Positions 43,340 through 58,007 of a stretch of DNA of 64,000 nucleotides are shown one piece after another (position 1 is the first letter of the stretch; every line of letters starts with the position of its first letter). A program made the translations under genes and the position numbers. The DNA is from Octopus vulgaris (Eukaryota), in contig OX597818.1 in assembly GCA_951406725.2 (NCBI GenBank), positions 122,140,001 through 122,204,000 on the forward strand. Reading direction: 5' to 3'. A model generated the notes under the pieces. The model did no database searches, was not told the DNA's origin, and saw only the letters and a program-made list of their open reading frames with translations.

Positions 43340-43550
43340 TAGTTTTATTTTTATAGCGTGCTTTCACTTCACTACCGAGCGCAGCTCTTGTGCCTTGGGT
43401 ATGTGCTGTGATTTGTTGTGATGCTCTGATGGTTATTGTATGGAAAGTGTTCTGCGTAGGATGTGTGCAGTGCCTAGTAGTGCAATTTTCTGTATGTTAT
43501 ATGTGTTTGTAAGTCCCTGGTGTTTTTGTTATGTATTTGTCTGAATATTT
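43337..43550 (-). mobile_element. R4/Dong-like non-LTR retrotransposon 3' end in (TAA)n
   Basis: KYSDKYITKTPG/frameshift/LTNTYNIQKIALLGTAHILRRTLSIQ*, the QKxALLGTAxILR C-terminus typical of R4-clade ORFs. About 95-nt 3' UTR. (TTA)n on both sides. Confidence 0.8.
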
Positions 43551-43581
43551 ATTATTATTATTATTATCATTATTATTATTA

Positions 43582-43642
<61 letters not shown>

Positions 43643-43658
43643 CATTATTATTATTATT

Positions 43659-43887
43659 GAGTGAGATAGCAGTCCATGCCATCAAAGTAACACTGGGGTA
43701 AAATATACGAAGCCCAATATACCCATCATGACTACCCGTCTGATAAGGGTACACCAGGCACATGCATCACAACCATATGTGCGCGACATGGTGATCTCAT
43801 ATCAAGATAAACAGCACATGACCTTGCAGGTGGGGCCCAGTTAGAAATTTCTTCAGGTTGAGTAGCCCATCCCGCTCAAAAGGTCCC
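43659..43887 (-). mobile_element. Non-coding TAA-associated element X, 5' truncated copy
   Basis: Reverse complement matches about 57680-57913 with the same 3' end (CTCACTC-AATAAT). (TTA)n on both sides. Confidence 0.85.
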
Positions 43888-43937
<50 letters not shown>

Positions 43938-43953
43938 GTTATTATTATCATCA

Positions 43954-43984
<31 letters not shown>

Positions 43985-43986
43985 CA

Positions 43987-44041
<55 letters not shown>

Positions 44042-44054
44042 CATTATTATTATT

Positions 44055-44241
44055 CCGTTAGCACCCCGGGCAATATGCTTAGTGGCATTCCGCCTGTCCT
44101 TATGGTCTGAGTTCAAATTCCGCCGAGGTCGACTTCGGAGTTGATAACTTGGGTACCAGTGAGACATTGGAGTCGATGTAATCGACTTATCCACTCCACC
44201 ATCACACCCAAATGGCTACCCTTGTGGCAAAAATTTGAAGC

Positions 44242-44242
<1 letters not shown>
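44055..44242 (+). mobile_element. SINE family C copy with (ATT)n tail
   Basis: CGTTAGCACCCCGGGCAATATGCTTAG...CTGAGTTCAAATTCCGCCGAGGTCGAC...AAATTTGAAGCC-ATTATT. Confidence 0.85.
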
Positions 44243-44293
<51 letters not shown>

Positions 44294-44295
44294 GT

Positions 44296-44336
<41 letters not shown>

Positions 44337-44467
44337 TCATTGTTATATTATTATTATTATCATTATCATTATTATCATCATCATCATTATTATTATTATC
44401 ATTATCATTATCATCATCATCATTATTATTATTACTATTATTATTATTATTATTATCATCATTATTA

Positions 44468-44511
<44 letters not shown>

Positions 44512-45633
44512 ATAATAATTATTATTATTATTTTTATTATGTAATCGATTTACCCCTTCCTCTAAACTGCTGGCCTTGTGCCATGACTTGGAGCCATTAT
44601 TAAACCTTTCAGAGTAGGAGACTTCTCTCACAGCTTCCAATACCTCAAAATGTCAAATTGATAGAGTATTTTTGTGTTAAAATAATTCGTTGTTTCAGCA
44701 ACTAAAAAATGAGGACAATGCCAAAGAAGCCTTCAGCATATTGAGTTGTAATTGTTCTGTCTAAAGTCCCAAGACTCACGCTGCGACTGGTTACTCAGTT
44801 CCCAGAACAAGACCTCAATCCTTGGCAGATTTAACTTCCTAGGCATTGCTGGAACTTACAGCTAGTGGAGTGGAGTAACGTAACTTGAAGTGTATAATCG
44901 ATTGAGATAGTAACGCCAGCTGGGAATTTAAGCCTTCAGCGGACTGTCATCCCTCTGAAGAGGAAGTGTTGTGTTCTCAGAGCATAGTCGATAGAAATTC
45001 CCCTCCTTCAATTAAGAGTAATTTTCATTATCGCTATTGGCCTTTGTCTTCATTAAAATATTAATTTCAAATGACTAAAAATTCATTTTCAATTCAACAT
45101 CTTAACTATGTGCACTGCAAATATACAACGGAGGCGGGGAGTAAACCTTTGGCTGATCTGTGAAAATTGGGGACATGTTTGAACTAATCCTATCATCATA
45201 CTGACACATCGATCGTAACTAATAAAGTAATCTATGAACGATATTTAACCGCTGACAGTGTTCAATATGCTCAATGAATCAATAGACGGTAGTCGGTACT
45301 ATGATAAGGAATCAATACCAAAATGCAAAACGCGATGTAAATTGTTGACGTAGATTTTTACAACTGAAAGGCCTTCGTGCTCCTTATGATAAAACTTGTT
45401 TTTACGGAAGATTGGAAACGAAGGATACACCTTGCTTGACAGAGACACTCATTTACAAATACCACGTGATGTCAAGGCTAGATGACACCGACATACAAAC
45501 GCGCACATTTACATACATGCATACATACATACATACATACATACATAAATATATACATACATACATACACACACACAAATACACAACACACATGCACACA
45601 AACACACACATATGCGCGCACACATATACATAT

Positions 45634-45790
45634 ACGACGAGTTTCTATCAGTTTGTCTCTACAAAATCTAAGCACAAGTCTTTGATTGGCCTGGGGCTAT
45701 AGTAGAAGACACTTGCCCAAGATGCCACGCAGTAGGATTCAGCCTAGAGACGTGTGGTTGGGAAGCAAAATTCCTACCACAAAGCCAAGC
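45634..45790 (-). mobile_element. SINE family A 5' half
   Basis: GGCTATAGTAGAAGACACTTGCCCAAGATGCCACGCAGT...GTGGTTGGGAAGCAA. Confidence 0.8.
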
Positions 45791-46215
45791 TTGCATGTAT
45801 TGTATGTGTATAAATACGTATAACTATATATATACGCACGCATGTCTGAGCGGGTATCTACATGCATAAACGCACACAAACACACAAATACGCAACCATA
45901 CATATATACATATCAAAATTTCATGTGGAAGAAATGCATATTGTGGACGAGCAAAAATTATGTGGCCGCCACAATGAGCATCATGATTTTCGCACTTCAG
46001 TAAGTGTGTCTACAGCATTTTTCATTTGTAAACTAATCTGTTGTTCATACACTCTATCTTTTATTGCATTGAGCATATTTAAACAAAACGAAAATGCATA
46101 AAAATAGTAATATATATATATGTACATATATAAACACTCACACATATATGAGTATATATATATATGTATATATTCATATATATATATATATATTTATATA
46201 TACAGAAGCATATAC

Positions 46216-46269
<54 letters not shown>

Positions 46270-46288
46270 GAAGCATATACATATATAA

Positions 46289-46333
<45 letters not shown>

Positions 46334-46365
46334 TTATATATATACATATATATATATATATACAC

Positions 46366-46438
<73 letters not shown>

Positions 46439-47144
46439 TATATTACATTTACAGATATATATTTATATATATATATATATAATATATATATATATATACA
46501 TATATGCATGCATATATATATAGATATATATACATATATGCACACGATTATATGTATATATATATATATATATATATCTTTCTCTCTGTATATATATATA
46601 TATATATGCATTTAACTGAGACGTAATAACATACAACTGCTGATTTATAGTGTATTCTCTCCCCCTCCCACTCTCTCTTCCTCCCCCCTCTCTCTGACTA
46701 TGTCCGTCTGTCTATCTGTCTGTCTGTCTGTCTCTCTCTCTCTATATATATATCGAGGAGGACAGCACATATTTAAACACACCACACACTACACGCTATA
46801 CGTCGTACTGCACTTCTTATCATGGATGTTGTATCCTGTGATGCGTGCGAGAACATCTTGTGAGCGGTCAACCAAATCATATTGGATTGATCATTAAAAC
46901 GAAGTGATATGTTGTCGAGTGAAAAGTGTGTGAGTGCTGAATTCCACGATCGATAGCTTGTCAGAGATTACAGGAATGTAATCGTTAATCCTACTGATAT
47001 ATTTGAGGAATACATGTCTATTAAAACATAAGCTTATTACTTGCCTCGTATTCAGAGAACTATTCTGTATGACAATGCAATGTGCATGTAATCCTGAAGA
47101 ATATGAGGGAGATGAGTTGGTGAGCTGATTTGTTCTGTCTTTAG

Positions 47145-47570
<426 letters not shown>

Positions 47571-48731
47571 GTGTAACTGTTTACTTTCTACTTAAAGATT
47601 TAGAACAGGATGAGGAGAGAAGCTGTTGCAGCACACTTGTCGCAGACGTGTGCCACTTTGCATGACGAAATCTAACGCTTGGGTAACTACAAGAAATATT
47701 TGTACTGACGTTCACCATTGGCTTCTTGTCGCTAAGAGCATGTATGATGAAAGAGGTGATACAAAGCAATGTGCGGTCATATTAGGGGGTAAATCTCAAC
47801 ATCCAAATGCTGATATTCACCAAATATCATTAAGGGAATGGAGTATATAGAGCGATATAACAAAAAGTTGGAGTATACGACAAAGTAGGTGGCGGTAAGA
47901 ATAAAAACGAAAGGGCCCAGTTTCAAGACAAGTCGGTTATTAGAAAATCACTGCGGAACGGTAAGTGTCCACACATAGATTCTAACATTGACGGTTGTCC
48001 GAATCTTTATCGGGAATCTGGTAATCTAAAACAAATACCAGAGGAGAACAATAAGAACAACATATATAAGGCCGACATACGTTCGGCGTGCATACGAACC
48101 TCTGGTGAAGCGATTTCCCCCTCCCTCCGAATTTACACGAACACCGTACATCCGTAAGAGTTGTTATATCTAAACAAATAACGCAGGAAGTTTACCTTTC
48201 AACGACGAATTTACATTAAATTTGATACACTGATGGAAATTAATACCGCTTCTATTGCATATAACAGAATCTGGTTTCTTTAGAGTCTATTCAATATTTT
48301 GAATTCTCTTTACATTTCTTGAAATCAGTTACAGTATAGTCGATGTTACCTATGTATGTATGTATGTATGTATGTATGTATGTATGTATGTATGTATGTA
48401 TGTATGTATTTATGTATGTATGTATGTATGTTTGTATGTATGTATGTATGTATGTGTGTATGTATGTATATATGTATGTATGTATGTATGCATGTATGTA
48501 TGCCTTTCTTTACGTACCTATTTGCCTCTTCCCTTCCTTCCTCTCTTCCTTCCTTCCTTCTTTCTTTCCTTCCGTTTATCAACCAAGCAATCTACATACC
48601 TGTGTAGGCAGCATTTATCTCTTCATCTTTCTATATATCAATATACTTGTCTCCCTACCTCCCTTTCTCGCTCCCTCTCTCCCTCGCTCCATACCTACCT
48701 ACCTACCTACCTCCCTACCTATTTACTTCCA

Positions 48732-48787
<56 letters not shown>

Positions 48788-48799
48788 ATCTAGCCATCC

Positions 48800-48861
<62 letters not shown>

Positions 48862-49528
48862 ATATCTATCTATCTATCTATATATCCATCCATCCATCTA
48901 TCTATCTTATTACTTTACTCTGTTTTCAATCTGTTGTGATTAAGAAATCTTGATTAGTTTACGATTAGCGTTGCGATAATTATTATTCCGCAGTCTTTAT
49001 ATTAACGTACATAACCTTATTTGTTATCTGGAGTTGAAAAAGCGGCTTTGAATGCTTTCTCCTTTATACTAATATTCTCATTCAGTAGTTCGTAGATTTA
49101 TATATAATCTATATGTATTCATTATATATTTGCATCATCACAGAAGTTATCAATACACTCTGTTTCCTCAATCACTATTTCTGTCTCCCTCTCTCTCATC
49201 ATTTCGCATATCTTCATATTCTTATATATTTCTGTTTCTGTGTGATCATCTGGTCTCCGTTTTCTCTTTTCCTCCACCTGTCTCTCTTGCTATAACAACC
49301 AGGCATGTTTTCACTGTTCTTGTACACCACCTCCTCTTCTTCTTAATATCTATATATCAACTATCCGTTTCTTTCAGCTCAATACTTAATGTCAAATAAT
49401 ATTTACAGATATATCTGCGCATGAAATATGTAAGTATATATATGTGTGTGTGTGTGTGCGTGTGTGTGCGTGTGTGTGTGCTGCGTGCGTGTGTATGTTT
49501 ATATATAATATATATGTATGTGTGTTTT

Positions 49529-50023
49529 CAAAATCGAACACATACACAAGATGCATGTTGTTAGTTCGTGGGTCGGCGGTGCTTTTAGGCGTGAGAAAAT
49601 ATATTCTTAATGCGCCTAGTGTTAAAAGACCTGAAAGAAAGTCAAAGGTAAGCGAGATAATTTACATCAGATCCCTTCTCAGAGAGAAAGACATCGGTAT
49701 TTCTTCATTGATGCGAATTTTCAATGACTCGTACCGAACAAGGCCTGCTGCAAGCTATGTCGTCGAATATGGTCATATGCTAAATAGTTTGAAAACCATC
49801 CGCTGACATGTCCCAACGTTTCATGCCACGGAAAAAATTCAAATTTGAATTAGAAGGAGCTTGATGTATATGCACAAAATCGATTACACATACACAGGCT
49901 GTGTGTGCTGTTAGTTTGTGGATTGGGTGCATTTTTAGGCGTTAGAGAATATATTCTCAATGCGCCTGGTATTAAAACACGTGAAAGTAAGTCAAAAGCA
50001 AGCGAGACAACTCACATCAGGTC
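49529..50023 (+). repeat. Diverged direct repeat of about 145 bp (49529-49673 and 49875-50023), each copy holding a palindrome
   Basis: CAAAATCGA..ACACATACACA...TTAGGCGT...AATATATTCT.AATGCGCCT...AAGTCAAA..AAGCGAGA.AA.T.ACATCAG occurs twice. Confidence 0.85.
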
Positions 50024-50414
50024 TGTCGCTACTCTGCGTTCCTTGGGAAAATAATAGCTTAACTGAGACGTGGATGTAGGAGTTTGGATAATCCAGATTC
50101 TCCATGATCCAACAAGGCATACGCATGGTGGGGGTTATTTTCAGTGTCACTATGAAAGGGCAGCAACATCTCGGACATGATGGTTGCCATCCATTAGATG
50201 ACAGCTCAAATTCTGACTAACCTGAGAAGGGAGCAAGAGAGCAGTGACACAAATCTTCCTTGCATCTTGAGGAAGACGCAGAACAAAGAAAGGTAATACA
50301 CACACACACACACACATACAGTTATTTTTGTACATATATATGTATATACATACATATATACAATAAAACACACACACACACAAGTACATATATGAGTATG
50401 TAGTGTATATATTT

Positions 50415-50566
50415 TCTTTTATTTGTTTCAGTCATTTGACTACTTATTCCATCAGTCTCTTTTGCTGAACCGCTACGTTACGGGCACGTAAACACACCAA
50501 CATCGGTTGTGAAGCAATGGTGGGTGACGGGACAAACACAGACACACAAATATACGCACACACACA

Positions 50567-50617
<51 letters not shown>

Positions 50618-50743
50618 GACGGGCTTCTTTCAGTTTCCGTCTACCGAATCCACTCACAAGGCTTTGTCCGACCCGAGGCTATAGTAGAAGACACTTGCCC
50701 AAAGTGCCACGCAAGTTACTTACCACACAGCCACTCTTGCGCC
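50415..50743 (-). mobile_element. SINE family A copy with internal deletions
   Basis: Co-linear with 29193-29561. Confidence 0.88.
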
Positions 50744-51273
50744 TATGTATGAAGCAGAAAATATCACCATTGAATCAGTAATGAGACAAAGAATCAAGGG
50801 ATTATATTCTAAGCATATTCAACCCAGTAGTGGAGAAATTTGTAATTTGGTGGTGATGGCTAATTTGTCTTCGCCTGAATGCAGCTTTCAGTTACTATTC
50901 CCTACAAAATCTCGGAAGAAATATATTAGCAGGTTTAATTGACGTAATATGCGTGAAATTTAATTAAAATCTTGAGCCAATTGTCTAACTGTTAAGCGAA
51001 TACAGAAGCCTATCAGACATTTTCTGCATTCTTCTTGGTTTTCCTTTCAAAGTTGATTTAATAAATGGGCAGTTGGAGAAGATGAACAATTCCTTTAGAT
51101 ACAGACACATACACACACACATGTACACACACATACATGCACATAATCGCGCACGCAAACACACACCAACACACATTCTTATAGTTTACACAGTGTAGTT
51201 GTCTGTTTTACTCCTGTTTCGCCTAAAACATGAGTGCTCTCTATACATACAGTGTGTAGAAAGACTTTCATTA

Positions 51274-51445
51274 TACAAGGTGCGTAAGATATTTGAGGAC
51301 AGATTTATGTTTATAAAAAAGCAGGATATATAATATCAGATAATAACTTTATTTATCAAAAATGCTATGAGGATAAAAATAAACCTTCTTTTGTATAATG
51401 TTATTAAATAAAGCCACCTTCAGCTTCAGTAACTGCTTCTATATC
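51274..51445 (-). mobile_element. Tc1/mariner-superfamily 3' terminal fragment
   Basis: Minus strand encodes IEAVTEAEGGFI*, resembling the transposase C-terminal motif xxAVIxAxGGxx. Terminus TA-CAAGGTG. Confidence 0.5.
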
Positions 51446-51607
51446 AGATCTAAATCATCTAAATGGTCGAATCAAGTGTTCCTTGCCTTTCTTGTCTACA
51501 ACCACTTCCTTCCGGTCAATTCAAAATGTGCAACCGTCAATCCAGACACATTTTTTCTCTATCCGTTTTTAATCTGCCCTCTTTCTGTTTCATCTCCCCA
51601 TTCCTTC

Positions 51608-51635
51608 CTGTAGAAGAGCGTAGGCTCGAAACATC
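51608..51635 (+). ncRNA. Minimal hammerhead-like motif with CUGUNGA core, decayed (family F, element about 51550-51722)
   Basis: CTGTAGA-a-GAGC-gtag-GCTC-GAAAC-ATC. Homologous to 61869-61902. Confidence 0.5.
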
Positions 51636-51812
51636 AGACTCTTCCATATTTCCTGAGCCTCAAGCTAACACACCTTGCTTATTGTTCCTTCATCTGTCTC
51701 CTTCATTTTGTATAAATTTGAAACACACGCACGCAGATATATAAAAAAACATGCAACACACACGCACACACACACACAAACACATATATATATACACGTA
51801 CGTATACATATT

Positions 51813-52010
51813 GATCTCAAATTTGAGTACAAGGCCAGTAAGTTCGGGAGAGTGGTGAAGTTGCCTTCATCGACCACAAAGATTAACTGATACTTATCTT
51901 ATCGACCCTGAAAGGATAGAAAGCAAAGTCGATCTCGGTGGAATTTGAACCCACAACGTAAAGACGGACGAAATGCCCAGAGTGCTAAGGATTCTGCCAG
52001 CTTGCCGCCT
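51813..52010 (-). mobile_element. SINE family C copy
   Basis: Minus-strand head AGGCGGCAAGCTGGCAGAATCC..., B-box-like GGGTTCAAATTCC. Confidence 0.85.
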
Positions 52011-52226
52011 TTGTGTACATAAATATATTACTTACAGTTACTATCGTATCATGATATACGCTATTCGCTCTAAACAGAAAGAAATGTAAGATGATATGCA
52101 TGAGTCTACCGATATCATTTTTGTACCGATCGATACACATCGAATATGAACGGTTTATTAAGAAATGGGTAGGAATATAATTAGTTTTATGTTTCACTTC
52201 GCCTACTTCATATCTCTCTCCCCCTC

Positions 52227-52309
<83 letters not shown>

Positions 52310-52621
52310 CACTTTCTGTTTCTCACCCCTCTTTTTCTCTTCTCTTTCTGCTTTTCTCTTTCCATCGAATTCTTTTTTTCCTCTTTCATACTAGATTTCA
52401 TTCATCTTCTGATCTTCCTAGAGATAATCGTTTATCATCAGAAGAGATATACACACAATAAGCGCGCGTGCACACACACAAATACATATGCAAGCACACA
52501 CATACACGCTTACGTGTGCAACACCCGTATATGCATATTTACGTATATATGTGAGTATGTACGTGTGTCTGTGTGTGTATATGTGTGGCTGTGTGTGAAT
52601 GTTTGTGTGAATGTGTGTGTG

Positions 52622-52680
<59 letters not shown>

Positions 52681-52686
52681 ACGCAT

Positions 52687-52726
<40 letters not shown>

Positions 52727-52829
52727 GTCTATGAAAAGACACTCACGCACGTGTTCGCACGCTTGTACACACACAGACACTCATATATACATATATAAAT
52801 ATGTATATATATATATATATTTATATATA

Positions 52830-52867
<38 letters not shown>

Positions 52868-52904
52868 TACATACATATATCCATGTATATTCACACACAC
52901 ATAC

Positions 52905-52941
<37 letters not shown>

Positions 52942-53346
52942 CTCAATTTTATTAGTGGTTTACCACCATTTTCAATATACCATGCAGTAAAGATTATGAT
53001 AAGTGTCATTTGCATTAGTTTGATAACGAAACATACACGTAATACACTACAACAATACAGAGTATAATCAACGCAATTCTCTGGTTGCTAAACACAGAGG
53101 ATTCTTTTTGTACCAGGGAGGATAGTTAATCTTCAAAATGTGACCTTCTATCTTGGCCTTTTAATGCCCAAACAATAGGTTCTCCCGGCTATAATGGCAT
53201 ATTATGTTAACTAACCGATTTGCGATATTGGCATCGTTCTCTGGTATATATACAAATATGTCATCTGCCCCCTTTTTTAACATTGCACTTCATTTCAAAA
53301 GCAAAGTAAATCAGATAAGCATATCTATCTATCTATCTGTCTATCC

Positions 53347-53428
<82 letters not shown>

Positions 53429-53629
53429 ATATCTATCTATGTATCTATCTATCTATCTGTCTGTTTGACTGTCTGTCTGTCTGTCTACTTTTTATTTATT
53501 AATTGTATTAGGTATGTTTTCTTATTTTTTCTAATTCAAAAGTGAAGAACGCGCTCATATAATTTGGATATACAGGCAAAATTATTTTTGAGTTAGATAC
53601 ATACATACGTAAATACATAGATACATATA

Positions 53630-53940
53630 TAAAAGAAGAACAGGAGTGGAGCTTATAGGTTCACAACAGCTGTTTCAGTAGCGTTTGTTATTGTCGAATA
53701 CTTTGATTCCTATGATTACATCATAAAAAACAAAACATCTGCTCTATCCAGGCGAATTTAAATATATTTAAATCAACTCACTATACAAGGCATCGGTAAA
53801 GCGAGAATTTTTTCATAGTGTAATCGGAATATTCACCAATAAAAAAATGTTGCTGAAACAGCTGCTGTGAATCTTTAACACTCACTTGTGTTGTTTTATG
53901 CAAACACCATAGCTGGAACAACTTCATTTTACATCTATAT
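53630..53940. mobile_element. Inverted pair of decayed hammerhead-bearing element ends
   Basis: Minus 53660-53756: ttcgc-CTGGATAG...ctact-GAAA-CAGCTG-TT-gtgaa. Plus 53832-53871: ttcac-c...GAAA-CAGCTG-CT-gtgaa. Confidence 0.6.
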
Positions 53941-53988
53941 CTTGCATGGGAAGATATGCATGTGTGTGTATGTGTGTGTATGTGTTTG

Positions 53989-54104
<116 letters not shown>

Positions 54105-55059
54105 TTTGATGATGCAAACAGGAAAAGTAGATAGTTTGATAGTGTTAACGCATGAAATTTTAAGCCCTTGCGTCACTCTCTTGCTTCCGCTAAATAAGTA
54201 ATATATATATATATATATATATCTGTGTGTGTATATGTGTGTGTGTGTATGTATGTGCGCATGTGTGTGCGTGCGTACATATGTGTGTAAGTGATTTGTA
54301 TCCAGTATACATATATTTTGATCTTGGTATTCCTTTATTTCATGTCTTGCATATTTTTCTCTGTTCTATTACAGAAACATATGTAACGGATGCAATAAAG
54401 GAATCCCAAGCTAATGCCCATGCTATTACTTTCATCACTCATCTTTACCTACCTACCTACCTACCTACCTACCTACCTACCTACCTATCTAACAACATTT
54501 ATTTTTGCACATGGTGTATATAACATGAATCTATTGTAGCTCTAAATTTTTTTCATATTTTTGTAATAAATTTCCTTGCAATTTGCTTGGAACAGTAAAG
54601 TTTCTAAACAGTTTTCTCAACGAATAAACAAATAAATAAATAAATAAACTTTCATTTTCTTATCTTTATTGTTTTCTTCCAATAATTTTCTTCACCGATA
54701 TATCGCATGAATTATTTCGTTTCATTGCTTCCTATGATTATTATCTATGACGTAAACTTTAATTCAAACTAAATACTTTCTTTTTTTTTTGTTCAAGTTG
54801 TAATGCTTTCTGGGTTTTTTTTTTTTTTTTTTACAATTTGTCATTTCTACTCTGCCACCACCCATTGAATCGTTATTCTCGCTGTTGTCGTGTACCGACG
54901 CTGTCGTCATCGTCGTTGTTATTATTATTATTGTGATCATGGATATCAAGATCATCTTCGTCAATATTATCATCATGATCCTCTTTCTCACCTAGTCCAC
55001 CTCTTCTTCCAGCGTCTCCGCCACTGTCTCTTCCACCGTCTCCTCTTCCTTCCCTTCTT

Positions 55060-55185
55060 CTCCTCCTTCTCCTCCTCGTCTTCACCCACCTCTGGTTACT
55101 TCTCTCCTCCTCTGGCTCTTCCACTCCTCCTCTGGCTCTTCCTCTCCTCGTCTGGCTCTTCATCTCTTCCTCTGGCTCCTTCTCT
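55060..55185 (+). repeat. About 21-bp pyrimidine-rich minisatellite (CTCCTCTGGCTCTTC core) within a trinucleotide-rich block 54880-55550
   Basis: Five spaced TCTGG(C/T)T units read directly. Confidence 0.8.
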
Positions 55186-56257
55186 CCCCTCCTTATCATC
55201 GTCACCAAAGTCGTGTTCATTGTTGACTTCAACGTAAATACCATCATCATAAACAACCACCTCAACTACCACGTCACCACCACCCACCACCACCACCATC
55301 ACCACCACCACCACCACAACAACAACGATAACAACAACAACAACAACAACAACAACGACGACAACAATAACTGCAACAGCAACAACACCAACAACCTCAC
55401 GGCTACCATCATCATCATCATCATCATCATCATTGTCACAATCCCAACCGCTACCATTCCAACCCCATCATGACCATCATGATCATCATGATCATCAAGC
55501 TCATCATCGTCTTCACGATCATCATCATCGCCTTCATCATCATCACCGAAAGCTTATCACTTTTCACCACCTTCCCTCACAAAAATCTATATTTTTCTCG
55601 AATTATATTAAGAAAAAAAAAACAAAAAAAAGAAAGAAATCGCGCTTCAACAGCTTCATTCTAAAAAAATTATTAAAATAAAAAGGAAAATTTTTTAAAA
55701 AAAGCAGATACAAATAATGAAGATAGCGAGTGTTCTTTCAATTTAAACATAAATTCTAATTGCAAAATTATATTCCATTTCTTCTTATTGTATCACTTTC
55801 CTTCTTTCTTTCTACTGCCATCTTCTACATTTCGCCGTTGTCTTTCTTTTTTTATACATAAAAAAAAATATTCATGTTATTTTAAATATTCTCGTTAATT
55901 CTTCAGTGAATTATAACAAGTCTGCTTACTTGACATTTTGCTATGGTATTTAAAAATGGAAAGCAGAGACAAGAAAGAAGAAATCTTTAGCATATATGTG
56001 TGTGTGTGTGTGTGTGTATGTATTATCTATGTGTGTATCTATACGTGTATATATATACATATTCATGTGTGTAGGTATGTATATATGTATGTATGTGTGT
56101 GCGTCTGTGTGTGTGAGTGCGTGTATGTGTGTGTGTGTGTGTCTGTGTTTTTATAGTCATTTTTGTACATATTTTAAAATTTCAGAAATGTTGCAATAAT
56201 TTAACACATCAATTTCTAGTCTTAGAAAGCAATATTCTGAGCCAAAAAAAATAATAA

Positions 56258-56376
<119 letters not shown>

Positions 56377-56402
56377 TAATAATAATAATAATAATAATAA
56401 TG

Positions 56403-56469
<67 letters not shown>

Positions 56470-56513
56470 CAATAATGATAATGATAATGATAATAATGAT
56501 AATGAAAATAATA

Positions 56514-57266
56514 AAGGTCAGTTTGCTAGAGATGTAAACGCAAAGATAGATACAGAAGACCGGAGACTATGGATGAGGATGAGTGACCTGAAGCTATAGA
56601 CAGAAGCACTTATGTATGCAGCTCAAGAGCAAGTGTTAAGGACTAACTGAAGTGTAGAATCGACAACACTACCGACAGCGATAAATGCAGAATGTGTGGT
56701 GAGTGGGCTGAAACGGCATGGCACATCATTAGCGAATGCCTGAAACTGGCACAACGCGAATACAAAAGACGACGTGACAATGTGGAAAAAATATCATTTG
56801 GGAGCACAGTGGAAATCACGGCCTACAAAGAGCAAAGACAAACACTGAGAATGAAAATTGCGAAATCCTGTGGGATAGAATGATTAAGTGTGATCACCTG
56901 ACCAGACATCCAAAACCAGATATTGTTGTGGTGGGAAAAATACAGAAAACACATGCACGATAATCGACATAGTATGTACTGGTCACAACAGGATCAAACA
57001 GCCAGAAGAACTATGACGATTTGAAGGAGGAAATACGAAGTTTGTGATCAATGAGGAGAGTAGACGTGGTACCAATAGTAATGGCTGAGAATGAGTGGTA
57101 CAAATGTAAAGGTAGAACACCTACAAAAATCAGCATTACTAGAAATTGCAAGAGTTCTTCGCAGAGTACTTGAACCATGACCAGAAAATGTGTCACATTA
57201 GTCTGCTGGCTGTGGACAGGTGACACTTTACATCATATCCAGCAAAATAAGCTGAGAGTTTTCATC
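56514..57266 (+). mobile_element. R4/Dong-clade non-LTR retrotransposon, 5' truncated and decayed, with CCHC knuckle and restriction-like endonuclease
   Basis: GQF...LWMRMSDLKL*TEALMYAAQEQVLRTN; CRMCGEWAETAWHIISEC (CCHC); EYKRRRDNV (RHD-like); ILWD...KPDIVVV...IIDI (PD..D); YDDL...VVPIV; LQKSALLEIARVLRRVLEP*. (TAA)n on both sides. Confidence 0.92.
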
Positions 57267-57350
<84 letters not shown>

Positions 57351-57355
57351 TAATA

Positions 57356-57913
57356 CCCTGGTGGAGTACCAGGCATGGCTCTCATGGCTTCTGATCTTAA
57401 CTGATTGGAAGTGTTATCATGTACATTGTTTTGTTTTTGTATAAAAGATGGGCTACAGCAAATATTCTGCTCAGTATCATAGATTTGCTTGTCAGTTGTT
57501 TGACCATAATCAGTTGAGCATGTCCCTTAGTGGCTGACGATATGTGCATCTCTGATCACGAGCAGAAGTAGTGGGGGAGCATCATAGCCATATGTTGAGA
57601 AGAATTCTTTGGGGTCTGGATAATTCACCTTTGGAAACATGGGTGCTTCATTGAACATCGTTAAATAAGCCTTATTCAGAGACCTTTTCAGCAAGATGGG
57701 CTACTCAATCTCAAAAAAATTCTAATTGGGCCCTACCTACAAGGTCATGCACTGTTCATCTTGATTCTGATATAAGGTCACCATGTCGCGCACATACGAT
57801 TGTGAAGCATGTGTCTGGTGTACCCTAATCAGACGAGTAGTCATGATGGGTATACTGAGCTTCGTATATTTTACCCCATTGTCACTTTGATGGCATGCTC
57901 TGCTCTCTCACTC
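57356..57913 (+). mobile_element. Non-coding TAA-associated element X, about 560 bp
   Basis: Bounded by (TAA)n, with a second copy at 43659-43887. No credible ORF. Confidence 0.85.
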
Positions 57914-57969
<56 letters not shown>

Positions 57970-58007
57970 AATCCATGACTTCCACGATGGATGCTGGGTA
58001 TAGAGAT

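Noticed and set aside
46945-47105. GATA-gctt-GTC...gattac / gtaatc-CTGAAGA, a possible permuted hammerhead
   Set aside because: Needs a loop of about 115 nt, has a competing local hairpin and no stem II.
47590-48200. Complex, moderately GC-rich stretch with a 74-aa ORF
   Set aside because: No motif, homologue within the window or clear splice signals. It cannot be called an exon without a search.
52405-52447. TCTTCTGAT/ATCAGAAGA hairpin with a minus-strand CTGATGA
   Set aside because: Stem I is out of register and stem II is absent, so probably a chance hairpin.
54873-55681. Glu/Arg/Gly-rich and His/Asn-rich ORFs
   Set aside because: Minisatellite plus trinucleotide repeats open in several frames on both strands, with no evidence of coding.
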